Assembly: GCA_964016885.1 (NCBI GenBank)
Contig: OZ024744.1
Coordinates: 63,550,001 to 63,614,000, forward strand
Reading direction: 5' to 3'
Length of the DNA stretch: 64,000 nt
DNA from: Eledone cirrhosa
Taxonomy: Eukaryota
The notes beneath the pieces are model-generated. The model did no database searches, was not told the DNA's origin, and worked only from the letters and a program-made list of their open reading frames with translations. Within the stretch, counting starts at the first letter, position 1, and the number at the start of each line of letters is the position of its first letter. Position numbers and translations under genes: made by a program. Below, piece after piece: positions 12,621 to 24,923 of the stretch.

Positions 12621-12949
12621 TCCCTCCATATAAAGGCAAAGAATATTTTAAAGCTCTTAATGAGATTTTATAGTCCACAGTAAGATAGGTAAGAGACAGT
12701 TCAGAGTTTAATCCAATCCATAAATATCCAGTCACAGTAGTTTTACAATATCACAAAGCATATATATAAATGGAAGCAAAATTACAACAATTTAAATTAA
12801 ATCATTTAATTGATTGATGAATGTTTCAATTAAAATAATAAGAATATCAAAATAATAGTACCACGGTGATTGTCTTATGGATATGTATTGGTAAATATTA
12901 ATATTATTTAATAGATTCTGAAGAGATTAATATTATTTTAATTGAAATG

Positions 12950-13155
12950 TAGGTGTCACGACAAAAAGTGCCTATCCCACACTGTAAATGTGGTTGGTGT
13001 TAAGAAGGGCATCCAGCTGTAGAAACTAAGCCAAAATCAGTTCTATATGAGCAAGACATGGTCACCTGACCTGGCCTATCTAACAATGCGACAATTCGTC
13101 TAACCTATGCTAGTGTGGAAAACTGGACATTAAATGGTGATGATGATGATGATGA
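12950..13155 (+). mobile_element. RTE 3'-UTR-derived or SINE-like dispersed repeat with an (ATG)n tail; other copies near 16990-17285, 46240-46550, 48210-48450, 49040-49390 and 57630-57760
   Basis: Shared core gttaggaagggcatccagctgtagaaa and tail aacccatgctagc..ggaa..ggacattaaa(tga)n, matching 61300-61538. Confidence 0.8.
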
Positions 13156-13199
13156 AGATTATTTGGTTGTCTGCTCAATACAAAGTTTAACCACTTCAG

Positions 13200-14950
13200 T
13201 GTATATGATATTCAGTTCTGGCATGAGATCTTATTTAGCTTTATAGACCAAACATACTTTTAAAAAGATGTCTACATAAATTGCACATTAATTTTGGTGC
13301 AGGTTGAAATGGCTGTGTTGGTTCTGATGCCATTTCATCTACAATTGGGTAGCTTTTCATTGATTCAAGGATTTTTATATTGACATCAGAGGGTCTGTTT
13401 GGGAGCTCAGAGAAGTGTTCTACCCAACAGTTTTGGATGGAGACAATATCAATCAAGAATGATTGACTATCTGCAGTTCTTATAGCTTCAGTTGACGAGA
13501 ATTGTGTACCATACATTATTTAGAGTAGGAGAAAAATGTCTTTGTGTCCTTATCATCTACTGCCTCTTGTGTTTGCTTAGCTTTGTCTTGCTATCATTGC
13601 TGCTTAATATTTCTCAAAGTATTTTATACTTTTCTTTTTAATCACTTAGAAGAGTCATTACAATTAGTATTGATTGATCGAGGGAAAAATTTTTGACAAT
13701 GATTTTGTTTGTCCTTAATCTTTAGCACACTAGAATTTTTTATGAATTGCTTCCCTTGACACTGCATTATGTATTAAGGGGAATTACTCTATCAGCGACA
13801 TAATATGCCTGTAGCATGCAGAAGGTTAAGTAAGTCACATTTTCAGGGTCATTATTTGTAACCCAGGAAGGCGGTGGATTGGCAGTATCGGTGGAGTGTC
13901 GGATGCCATGCTTTCTAGCTTAGTTACGTCCCTTTACGATCTGAGTTCAAATCCCGCCGAGGTTGACTTTGCCTTACGGGGTCGATAAAATAAAATACCA
14001 GTAATGCACTGGGTAATTGCTGGCCTTGTGCCTAAAGTAGAAACAATTATTTGTAACCCAGTCATTGATCTTTTTTGATCTCATACCTACTGATGCAGAT
14101 TCTGCCTGGAAGACTTTTATCTTAAAATCTTCCCAAAGATTGCTCAGGTCAAGTATAATATTATCTAATTCATCCCCAAAACTGTGAATAGCATCAAAGA
14201 CTCGCATTAAGATCCTTTGGTACTTTAATCCCAGAGGGTCTAGCTTTTGATGTTATAGTTAGATTGAGTTTGGCCCTGACTAGTCAATGACTACTCTAGC
14301 ATTCTGTTTCTCTCATTGTGCACACACTACATACATCTTTTACATCACATTTTAAAACGAAAATATAATCAATGCTTCAAAATTGTTTTATATTTATCTC
14401 ACTGCTGAAAGAATGTGTTTATTACAAGTTGAAGTGCAAAAGGTGAGGCGTGAAACTCCATTTCCATTACATTTTCCTACACTGTTTACCTAAGGCAGGC
14501 CATATTATGAAATCAGATCCAACCCTCGAGTTGAAGTCACCCATAATTACTAGCTTATCAGCAGCTGGCACATTTCTCACTAATTCTTCAAGTACATTGT
14601 AGAATTGTTAAATAGATTTCTCTAGGTGCAACATTGTGGGAGCATAAACACTTATTATTGTAAGGTATATCCGGTATCTCTGGATGACATGATATAACGT
14701 GTTCTGAGGAACTACTGGGATTGTTTTCAATAGATGAAATGAGAAAGTTTCTAACAACCAAGCCAACACCTGATTCTTTTCTTTGACTTTCTGCCACACC
14801 TTCCCAAAAGAAAGTGCAACCAAATCCACTTTCATTGAGTTGACCATCTCCATGTAGGTATGTTTCAGAGAGAGCTACTATATCTAATGAATATCTTTAC
14901 AATTCATGAGTGGTCAGTGTGGTTTGTAATCAAATTTAGTTTCAGAGAGT
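13200..14950 (-). mobile_element. Highly degenerate RTE (BovB-like) LINE: APE endonuclease, partial RT linker and C-terminal C2H2 remnant
   Basis: ESGVGLVV, YLTIISVYAPT, DKLVIMGDFNSRVG, WVEHFSEL, CNLCRHLFKSMFGL. Confidence 0.75.
13867..14045 (+). mobile_element. tRNA-derived SINE (family S1)
   Basis: B-box-like gagttcaaatccc; 16-bp TSD attatttgtaacccag at 13851-13866 and 14046-14061. Confidence 0.9.
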
Positions 14951-15370
14951 GTTTAACCATTTTGTGTTGTTAATTGACCCCAGTAGTAGGATATTAACCA
15001 GGCCCAGCCTGCAGCCCACTGAGCCACCTGCTAAGCCAAACCTGTTCACCTGTTGTTTCCAAGTAGTAATTGCCATTTACTAATTCTGTTTGAGACATTT
15101 CAAATGAGTTTAAAGTGCATTTTAAGGTTACAGCCAACCCAACATACAGCAGATGTTAACTGAAATTGTAGTGTACAAGAAGTACCTGTGCAGTTCCAAA
15201 ATATTTTGAGTGAATATAGCTTACACAAAACTACCTCCACTTCTTGGCCACAGAAGATTTCATTGGTGTGACATATGGAATGACAAGACCAACAGATTAC
15301 AGATCAACGAAGCCCAGATTCAGACAGTTTTGAGAGGAGATTTGCATGCTAAATACAGTCAAACGCTTTA

Positions 15371-15562
15371 CTAATTGATGTTATAGGTAACTGGCTTTAC
15401 AGGAGCCATATTAGTGGTTAGTAATGAGAGAGGGGGGCGGGGGGATTGAATGTATTGGAGAACATTATTGTTAATGGCTGCCTTTATTAATTTTGTGATA
15501 GTAGAAATTAATGCAATAGGATGAGAGTCAGAGGTGTTGGCTTTCTTGGAAATGGGACACAC
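15371..15562 (-). pseudogene. Short non-LTR RT fragment (CR1/L2/jockey-like N-terminal RT motif)
   Basis: CPISKKANTSDSHPIALISTITKLIKAAINN resembles PIxKK..NYRPISLLS..SK..E..IN. Confidence 0.55.
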
Positions 15563-15572
15563 GTGTGGGTAT

Positions 15573-15750
15573 CATGACAAAGAGCACCCAGCCCACACTG
15601 TTATATAGGTGGCACAACAAAAAGTACCCAGTCCACACTGTAAAGAGGTTGTGTAAGTGTCACAACAAAAAGCACCCAGTCCACACTGTAAAGAGGTTGT
15701 GTAAGTGTCACAACAAAAAGCACCCAGTTCACACAGTAAAGTGGTCTGTA
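15573..15750 (+). repeat. Tandem repeat of about 48 bp (about 3.5 copies) derived from the RTE 3' UTR subrepeat
   Basis: cacaacaaaaagcacccagtccacactgtaaagaggttgtgtaagtgt repeated; the same unit occurs at 61290-61370. Confidence 0.85.
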
Positions 15751-15769
15751 GGAATCACGACAAATAGTC

Positions 15770-18180
15770 ATGTTCTTTCTGGTTCTGTGAAGCCGTTTCT
15801 GGAGATTTGTACTAAGGCAGTTACTAACATATCCCAGTGCCCCAATAATCACAGGTATAAATCTGAAGGTATAGTCAGTATCTGCAGATTTCTCATTAGT
15901 TCTACATAGATATTCTCCTTTTTGCTAATCTTTAATATTATATTGGCATCTGCTAGGCTAACTTTCACTACTGTGCATGCCTTCTTTTCCCTGTCCCATA
16001 TCATTATATCTGGTCTGTTATGCCTGCATTTTATTGGGGTTTTGACAGGAACATTCCACCAGTAATCTTTCATATTATGTATGTATCTGCCTTCCAACTT
16101 GCTGTAACTTTTAATGTGTTTATTGTTGGGACTATCTTTTCTACGGATTACATTGTAAAGTGTTTTGGCCACTACATCATGCCTCATAGGTAGATAATAC
16201 CGTGTTGACATCTTTGGACAGCTGCTTATGACATGGTTGACATCTTCAATGTTAATTCTGCAGAGTCTGCATTTGTTGTCACATCTAAGTGTTTTGCCTG
16301 CATCCCGATCTCTTTTGTGAATCAGGTACTTTGTATTGATTTCCTATTCTTGGATTGCAAAAGCATATCCTTCAAAGTGGGAGCCAATATAGCGGTTGTT
16401 GGTCCAAGATAGACTACTTTGTTTATCTATATTACTCTTACTCTGGAGCTTCCTGACCACATAGCCATGCATGATTTTTTGCTGATAAGCATACAGTTTT
16501 TCATCCATGGATTCCCTGTGAGATTGCTGGGCAATTTCACTAGGTCTGAGATTTTGATTATCATGCAGGGAGTATTTCTCAAGGAGCTCCTTCCCAACTC
16601 TCATGATCTTATCTGTCCCATGTAAACAGACTTGCTAAAAAAATTGGCTCCTATGCTTAGTGGTTCGTTGATGTTGTCGGAAGGATATGATGCGACACTC
16701 AGATGCTGTCTGGACTGATGCTAGGCCTCTGCCACCCTGTTTATGTTTCAGGGAGGGGTGGTCTATATCACTGTTGATGAGGGAGTTTCTGCTGCTGTTT
16801 AGTATTTTTCAGATTTTAACATCTATAGTTCAGATTTCATCTATCAGCCTGAGCCGAGCCATATATCTAATAGGCAACATCTTCCTCTACCTTCTCCCTC
16901 CCATACACCTGCCTTTGTGGTAACCATCCCCCTCCTATTATCTACGTCTGCAATTTCCCCAAGCTTCCTCCCCCTCCATCCCTAGTTCCAAGACAAAAGC
17001 TCCCAGTCCCCACTGTAAAGTGGTCGTGTCGGCAACACGGCAAAAAGTTCCAAGTCCACACTGTAATGTGGTCATGTAGGTGACAAGACAAAAAGCACCC
17101 AGCAGACACTATAAATGTTGGCGTTAGGAAGGACATCCAGCTGTAAAAACCAAGCCAAAATCAGCCCTGGGTGAGCTAAACATGGTCCTCTGACCTGATT
17201 CTTTCCCTAAGGGTCAATCCGTCATACTCATGCTAGCATGGAAGATGGACATTAAACGATGATGATGATGATGATGGTGATGATGATCCAATCAAGTATT
17301 TCAAATGTATGTGTCAGGACAGGCATAGTAAATACATTGTGAGCCAGTGTTTTATTGTATGTAGAGATTTCGGATGACCATATTTTTCTTAATCATGTGT
17401 AATATTCCCTGGTTAAATGTTCCTTGTTACAAATATCATCAAATGATATATTCTCATCTATGTCAGTAGCATTTCTCGTCAGATATCAGTGAAACAGTTA
17501 GGCCATTGATAAAAATGTTGCTTGATTGGATTGTAGTTTTTCCATGCTTTACAATCATATAGGAACATTTATCCTGGCCAAACTCCATTCCTATATCTTT
17601 TGAGAATGTTGTAACAAGGTCAAGGTTTTTCTTCATCTCATTTATGTTCTTGACATAGAGTTTCAGGTCCTCCTCAAAGAAGTTATGGCTTACGTTTGTA
17701 TTCCTGTCCTCCCCTGAGCCAATTATGTATCCTTCACATTTCTTGAGTAGAAAGGACAAGGGGTTTAATAGTATAAATAGTAACACAGGAAGACTGTTTC
17801 TTTGATATTCCAATTTTATCAGTGAAAATAGAGTCCCCCTTCTCTATATTAAATTTATGGATTGTGGCCCAATAAGAAGATAGGTTCTCTTTGGCTCTGA
17901 TAATGGTATCTGGGACTTTATCAAGTTGGAGTGCACCTAACATTCAAGAGTGGGGAACAAAATTGAATGCTCTCTTGTAATCCAGACAGACTGAAACCAC
18001 GTTCTTCCTATGTCACCATACCTCTGGCATTGCAGTTTTGTTTATTCATTGTTGAGTACACTCCCAAACATCTTTCTTCCCAGCTGCTTGCTCATCTGTG
18101 ATGATGTCATTATTGTCACAGTGATCTGGGAGAAATAATTTCAGGCAGGCTGTATACGTTTTATACATTAGGTTCTGGTT
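15770..18180 (-). mobile_element. R4/Dong-like LINE (RT, CCHC knuckle and REL endonuclease), degraded, with a nested RTE-tail repeat at about 16900-17285
   Basis: LDYKRAFNFVPH, SHNFFEEDLKLY, IGMEFGQDKC, EGYAFAIQE, CRLC...EDVNHVISSC, RHDVVA, HNRPDIMIWD, IIGALG. Confidence 0.85.
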
Positions 18181-18309
18181 GGTAGTATTTTGCCTTGCCA
18201 AGCGAGAGTCTTTGTCAACCATCCTGGTATATATGCATTGGGCGTGAATATTTACGATGAATTGAAGCCCCTACATTTTAGCTAATCAACGTCTGCCTAA
18301 ATGCCCTGG

Positions 18310-18950
18310 CAATGACAGTAAACATTATCTTCATGATAAAAGAGATATTAATAAAAACAAAGAACCACAAAAAATGCCATCATATATTACTAAAATAGAA
18401 TAAAGTTTGCTGGCCTATGGAAAACTATAGGATATGAGACAATGATGTTCACATACAAACAAAACTACTCTTCACCAACAAAAAGTGAAAAATATGATAA
18501 AAACAATGTTTGGAAACAATGTTTCGATATAGGCTGATGATCCTCAAACAAGAATTAAGGGCTGTCAGTGAGAAACTTCGATACCAGAAGAGGGTGGCTG
18601 AAAGAAAAATAATTAATAAAAGATTCAGCTGAAACCAAACATCAGTTTATGGAGACACGAAGGACAAAGTAATAAATGTCACTGAGGCCTCATCCCAGAA
18701 AGACATAAATTCCTTCTGGAGAAAAATATGGAGTGAAAAGAAGAATTTCAACCAAGATGCAATGATGGTGAATGAGTTCCAAACTAACTACTGCCACTGT
18801 ATTACAACAAAGACATACAGCTTCATGATGACTCTTGAAACTGTTAGGAAAACTCCAAGATAGAAAACATCATAGGAAGAGACAAAACTGACATTCTATT
18901 GGATGTATCTTATTATCCTCTACCAGCAAGCTTTCACAGGAGATGCATAT
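18310..18950 (+). mobile_element. Inverted upstream (pre-RT) segment of an R4/Dong-like ORF
   Basis: KQELRAVSEKLRYQKR..IINKRF..NQTSVY..INSFWRKIW is similar to the pre-RT region of the plus-strand copy near 41930-42110. Confidence 0.6.
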
Positions 18951-19264
18951 ATACCAGGACTAAAAAAGCCACATCAGTGATACTCATGCTTAAGTATCAA
19001 GCTATGGCATTACTTGAAATCGAGTTGCAGCCATCATCATGTATGTATGCATGTGTTTGTGTGTATCTGTACATATGTGCGTGTTTATATATGTATAAAT
19101 GTATATAAATATATATGTGTGATTGTATTTGTAATATTTTGCTTGCTTTTCATATGTTCTATAATTGTTTAGTTCGTAGATCTGCTGGGGTTTACAGTAA
19201 ATATTTGTTGCTGATCAGTGGCCAAAAATGAACCTTCAGTTAAAAAAAATTAATTTTGTTAGAG

Positions 19265-19588
19265 CAGAAGTTCTCAATGTGGGCATGGAAAAGGTCCAGG
19301 TGTCGTTGGGGCCCAAGGCGGTGGGGGGGGGGGGGGGGTTAAACATGATACAATAGTATATTAAATATCAAATGGTACATATATATAAATATAGTAAAAA
19401 ATATATATATAATATTTATTTAAACAGTATATATTATATTATTTATTATATATAAATTAACGATTTTATTCATTATATATCATTTACAATTTGCGTGTAG
19501 ACAGCTCTCTGGAGATAGGGTTGGGGAGCACTGAGGGTATTATGTGGTCATGAGAGGGGTGGTGGCCCAAAAAGTTTGAGAATCTCTG
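19265..19588. mobile_element. hAT (Charlie-like) MITE
   Basis: TIRs CAGAAGTTCTCAA / TTGAGAATCTCTG; 8-bp TSD tgttagag / tgctagag. Confidence 0.8.
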
Positions 19589-19679
19589 TGCTAGAGTAAT
19601 TATATACTGGCACAGAGGTTGACTAACCATTAAACAAAATAAGTAGATACTCTTATGTACTTAAGGTTAGGTTAAAAGT

Positions 19680-19925
19680 TAAAGCTTGCTTCAAGCCCTG
19701 AGTTTCATCAGGCCAGTGCTTATCCTGGTTTCCTCAGCATTAAATGACTAAAAGTACAATCCTCTCTTCCCTCCCACACCACCTAGGCAGATAGCGCAGG
19801 GTGTACTCATTTTCAGCTGAATGTACTGCAGCAACATGAGCTAAAGTGTTTTGCTCAAGAACAACAATGTGCCATTCAGTTCAAGAATTGAACCAATAAA
19901 CATTAGTCATAACCTAACACTCTAG
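19680..19925 (-). mobile_element. Old tRNA-SINE (Deu/Nin-domain-like); a related copy lies at about 50750-50945
   Basis: gcttatcctggtttcc..gcattaaatgact...cagctgaat...aagtgttttgctcaag shared by both copies; B-box-like ggttcaattc on the minus strand. Confidence 0.6.
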
Positions 19926-19931
19926 GCTTAA

Positions 19932-20374
19932 CCTCTTTAACATTCAAACCAGCCGTATCCAGCCAGAATTCTCTCACCTCTTTCTGTTCAAACTGTCTGT
20001 AACTGGCCACTCATACTGATGTTAAGGCATTATTCTCAAAATAAATAATATCAAAATTTCATAGATTCAATATTATGATTTCTTATTTAGACATAAGGCC
20101 AACAATTTTGGGAAAGGGAAAGTCGATTGAATTTTCCTCCGTGCGTGACTGGTACTTTATTTTATCGACCCTGTAAGGATGAAAGGCAAAGTTAGCCTCA
20201 GCGGGATTTGAACTCAGACCGTAAAGGCACGTAACTCTATGCTGCAAAGCATTGTGTCCGACCCTCCACCTATACTGCCAATCCACCGCCGATTCAATAT
20301 TATGTGAGATAATTATGTAAGATAAAGCCTCAAAAATACAAAAGTATATATAGAATAATGTAAATGTGAAAGGA
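19932..20374. mobile_element. piggyBac MITE (inverted copy of 3473-3691) with a nested S1 SINE at 20078-20290
   Basis: TTAA flanks; SINE TSD gattcaatattatg at 20064-20077 and 20291-20304. Confidence 0.8.
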
Positions 20375-20789
20375 TTAAAGCCTCAAAACAATTTAATCTG
20401 GCCCTGTATTGATGTCATTCATTAATTGTAGTATTTTATTTCGTGAGGAAATGGCCACACCCTTTTCCAATACAGCAATGAAGAATAGAAACAATTCTAA
20501 ATGAATTTAGACTCTCACACACTCCCAAACATAAAGAAATCTTAACTGAAACTCACACATTTCCACCCACCTTGATGACAAACAAGTTGTCTATTTCTCT
20601 ATTTCTTTCTCACAATCAGTACAGTATCCAGTCTGTACTGTGCACAAATCTAATGTCATATAATGTCATATAATGTCCATTTTCCTTAGAATAAAAGATG
20701 TTAAAAGGTATTTTAAATATTGCATAAGACAATTTTTTTAGAATATCTAAATACAGAAAGTAATAAAAAAAAAAACAACAGAAACATGT

Positions 20790-21205
20790 CATCATCATCA
20801 TCATCACCATTTTATGTCCATTATTCCATGCTAGCATGGATTAGACGGTTTGTCTTGTTGTGGGCAATGTTGGGTTGGTTGACCTTGTCTTGTTCATACG
20901 GGAACTAATTTTGGCTTGATTTCTACAGCTGGATGCCCTTCCTAGCACCAACCTCATTTACAGTGAGTGCTGGGTGCTTTTTTCCTTGGCGCCTATATGT
21001 CCACTTTACAGTGGGAGGGGATGGGGGCATATTGTTTATATGCTTCGGCTTCGGCTTGTTCCTGTGGGAAGCCGGGTCTTCTGTATTACTGCGTAATGCC
21101 AGAGGTCACAGTTCTGTGTCATCACCATTGAGAGGTGCAATTGGGCAAGGTCCGCTTTTATCACCTCATCCCAGGTCTTCTTGGGTCTCCCCACTCCATG
21201 GTTTC
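20790..21205 (-). mobile_element. 3' end of the PHD-type RTE family
   Basis: Reverse complement matches about 61080-61530 ([16 protein letters not shown] plus 3' UTR). Confidence 0.85.
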
Positions 21206-21209
21206 TATC

Positions 21210-22257
21210 GTACTTGTAATTTCCTAACTAGTCCTATTCTTTCTGTTTCTGTGAAGCCCAGCTTCTCAAGATTTGTATTGAGGCAGTTACTAACATACCC
21301 CAGTGCCCCAATAATCACAGGTATAAATCTGAAGGTATAGTCAGGGTAGAGTATCTGCAGATTTCTCCTTAGTTCTGCATAGAGATTCTCCTTTTTGCTG
21401 ATCTTTAATATTATATTGGCATCTGCTGGGGAGCTTACCTCCACTACTGTGCATGCCTTCTTTTCCCTGTCCCATATCATTATATCTGGTCTGTTATGTT
21501 TGCATTTTATTGGGGTTTTTACTGGAACATTCCACCAGTAATCTTTCATATTATGTATGTATGTGTCTTCCACATTGCTGTAGCTTTTAATGTGTTTATT
21601 ATTATGGCTATCTTTTCTACAAATTGCATTGTTCAGTGTTTTCGCCACTACATCATGACTCATAGGTAGATAGTACCATGATGAAATCTTTGAACAGCTG
21701 CTTATGACATGACTTGTTGTCACATCTAGGTGTTTTGCCTGCATCCCTGTCTCTTTTGTGAATCAGGTATTTTGTGTTGATTTCCTGTTCTTGGATTGCA
21801 AAAGCATATCTTTCAAAGTGGGAGCCAATATAGCGGTTGTTGATCCAAGATAGACTACTTTACTTATCTATATTACTCTCATTCTCAAGCTTCCTGGCAA
21901 CATATCCATGCGTGACTTTTTGCTGATAAGCATGCAGTTTTTCATCCATGGAATCACTGTGGTACTGCTGGGCAATTTCCCTGGGTGTGAGTTTTGATTA
22001 TCTTACAGGGAGTATCTTTCAAGGAGTTCTTTCCCAACTCTCATGAACTTATCTGTCTCATGCAGGTAGACTTGCTCGATAGATGGGCTCCTTTGTTTGG
22101 AGGTTCTTAAATGTTGTCGGAGGGATATGATGTGACATTCATATGCTGTCTGGACTCCCTGCTTATGTTTCAAGTAGAGGTGGTTTATGTCACTGTTGAT
22201 GTGGAAGTTTCTGCTGTTGTTTAGAATTTTTCGAGTTTCAACATCGAGTTTCAACAT
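21210..22257 (-). mobile_element. R4/Dong-like LINE 3' part (paralog of 15770-16850)
   Basis: KLDVETRKIL, HVISSCSK, HNRPDIMIWD, VEVSSPAD, IPVIIGALG. Confidence 0.87.
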
Positions 22258-22259
22258 GT

Positions 22260-23530
22260 ATTCAACGAAAATTATAAAACATTTAAAGAGCTTCTATATA
22301 TACAATGTTTTAGCATCGATAGGTCTGGCTACCTCAAGGGATCATTTGTGAGAAATTTTGTTGATGGCATTCACTGATGTTTTGGGAGCAAGGATTGCTA
22401 TTTCATGCAGCCACTCCTCATTGGAATTGTGGATTTGGAAATTGAGGAACACTTTATTAATTAAGCTTACAACTTTCCACAACAGTACAAAATAATTGTT
22501 TCTACTTTTGGCACAAGACCAGCAATTTCCAGTGCATTACTGGTACTTTATTTTAGTGACCCCGTAAGGTACAAAATAATTGTTTCTACTTTTGGCACAA
22601 GACCAGCAATTTCCAGTGCATTACTGGTACTTTATTTTAGTGACCCCATAAGGTACAAATAATTGTTTCTACTTTTGGCACAAGACCAGCAATTTCCAGT
22701 GCATTACTGGTGCTTTATTTTAGTGACCCCATAAGGTACAAAATAATTGTTTCTACATTTGGCACAAGGCCAGCAATTACCCAGTACATTACTGGTACTT
22801 TATTTTATCGACCCCGTAAGGATGAAAGGCAAAGTTAACCTCGGCGGAATTTGAACTCAGAATGGCAAGGGCCGTAACTCTATGCGTCAAAGCATGGCGT
22901 CTGACCCTCTACCGATACTGCCAATCCACCAAAATAATGAAGGATCAAAACAACCTTCAGCATCAAGGGATTGCTTTTCTATAAATTTAAACGGCTGAGA
23001 GGTACTTATCTGTAACTCTGAATGTCCCTTCCCTTTCTGCCTATGTTATTCATACTGAAGAAATCTCCAAGGCTGGGAAAATCTGAGGTTACTCCCCCAC
23101 CCTCCATTCCATTTTCGGAAAAGAAGGGGATATATGATAAAGAAAGAAAATAATAGAAAAATGTATTCTACGAAAATTATAAATCATTTACAGAACTTCA
23201 GTATATACAATGTTTTTAACTTTTTCTTTGGAGTATATATGATGAGTTTGTGGGGTCTTCCTAGTCTAGACCAACCTACATAAAATTGACTAAATGGAGA
23301 CCAACAATCTTGGGTCTTGTTAATAGTCACTGTGTAACTGACTCTCACTGGGAATTTTAATCATTTGAAACGGAATGGGACATCTGTTGGTATTAGCGAC
23401 ATTCTAGGTATAAATATCTCCCTTACCACAACCAATGAGGAATTTGGCTTCAATAATGTGAGGTTGTAATTCAGTCATAACCATACGTGTCCCATTGCAC
23501 AATCTTGGCTGATCAAAGTTTCTGAGGAGC
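22260..23530 (-). mobile_element. Two adjacent Helitron RepHel helicase remnants, the left one interrupted by a SINE array
   Basis: 23180-23530: LLRNFDQPRLCNGTR..IIEAKFLIG..KG...FPVRVSYTVTINKTQ...KNIVYTEVL*. 22260-23000: EWLHEIAILAPKN...NIVYIEAL*. Confidence 0.8.
22485..22930 (-). repeat. S1 SINE plus three tandem 83-84-bp copies of a SINE 3' end
   Basis: Units start at 22485, 22569, 22653 and 22736; the last one continues into a complete SINE. Confidence 0.9.
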
Positions 23531-24560
23531 ATGGTGTCTGTGCCCTTCACCCCTGGAGGTGAATTAGCTAACCAATTTATAAAGGCCCTAAGAAAGACCC
23601 ATTTAAAGATTAAAGTGGTAGAAAAGCCAGGAACTACCATAAAATCCCTGATCAACAAATCTTACCCCTTTAAGAAAACCCACTGTACTAATAAGAAATG
23701 TGTTATATGTAGAATAAATCCACAAATAAATTGTAAAACTAGAAATATAGTCTATAGCATAAGATGTTCAGAGGGTACTTGCAGAAACATGATGACATAC
23801 ATAGGAGAGACAGCCTGGAGAATAGAGGAGAGAGAATAAGACCAACATGGAGGTAGGGGGAGATGGGGGGGGGGGGGGGCTAAAGGGACAAAAAGTTCAG
23901 TACTATATGAACACACCAGACTAAGACATGATGGTCATATAGACAACATAGAAATTAAAATAATATCTAAACATAGAAATTACTCAACAGGTAGACAAAT
24001 CAGAGAAGCAACTGAAATAGAACCAAAAAAACTGAAGTTGAACAGAAAAAATGAATGGAATAACAACAAACATGGAATAATATACAAACATACAATAGTG
24101 ACCTAAGATAAATATAAATAAATATACACAGGTGCAATAACAATAACCACACATAATCACACACTAGTAACCAAAGATAGAATGCAAACGCACACAAACT
24201 CAGACACGAGCACACACTAAACAGAAAACATTCACTTAAATGCATGCGCAGAGACAACAATAAATAAATGAATAAATAAAAAATAGAATAAGTAAACATT
24301 ACAATACAACAGGAGGAAACAATAGTATCACTGATGATGTCACAGGTGTATGATGAAAGAACTTTGATAGACTATATATACATATACATACATATATTTT
24401 AACTGATGGTCAATCAATGATAAACATTAATTGCCAGCTAAATTAACTATAGGGATATATAATATACGGAAGCGAAAACCAACCAAAACCAAATAGTGAG
24501 TGTGTTTTATTATTATTTCTGGCAATATTATAACAATATGACCCTCCCCAAATATAACAA
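23531..24560 (+). mobile_element. 5'-truncated PLE (second family): GIY-YIG remnant plus 3' pLTR
   Basis: PFTPGGELA, KVVEKPG, CTNKKCVIC, NIVYSIRC...YIGETAW.IEER; hammerhead in the 3' region. Confidence 0.85.
24326..24369 (+). ncRNA. Minimal type-I hammerhead ribozyme
   Basis: tatca-CTGATGA-t-gtca...tgat-GAAA-gaac-TT-tgata. Confidence 0.75.
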
Positions 24561-24923
24561 TATTTGTTTGAACACACAATTTCATATAAAAAACCTTGCA
24601 AAACAAATTCATTGCCATGTATATATATATATATATATAATTATGGGATGAAGCTTATCGAATAAAATAGACACAGCTTCGTCATTTCTTCTCTCACTCA
24701 ATAATTTAAGTCCATATTATTAAAATTCGAACCCAAACCCATTAATCAGTGAGGAAGATGACTTTGTGTGGGTAGGAAATTTGAGATACTTGGACAGATG
24801 CACCAAATTTTTAATTTTAATCTCATTACTTGTTTACTGTCTTTTTTTGTTTTAATTTTGGATTTTGGTTTTGGTTTAAGGTTTAATCATTGGTTAAGAA
24901 TTTCGTGCTTGCTTTATGAGATA

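Noticed and set aside
23404-23658. Minus-strand ORF that could be read as a host PIF1 exon
   Set aside because: It is a chimera of antisense PLE sequence and a frameshifted Helitron helicase remnant.
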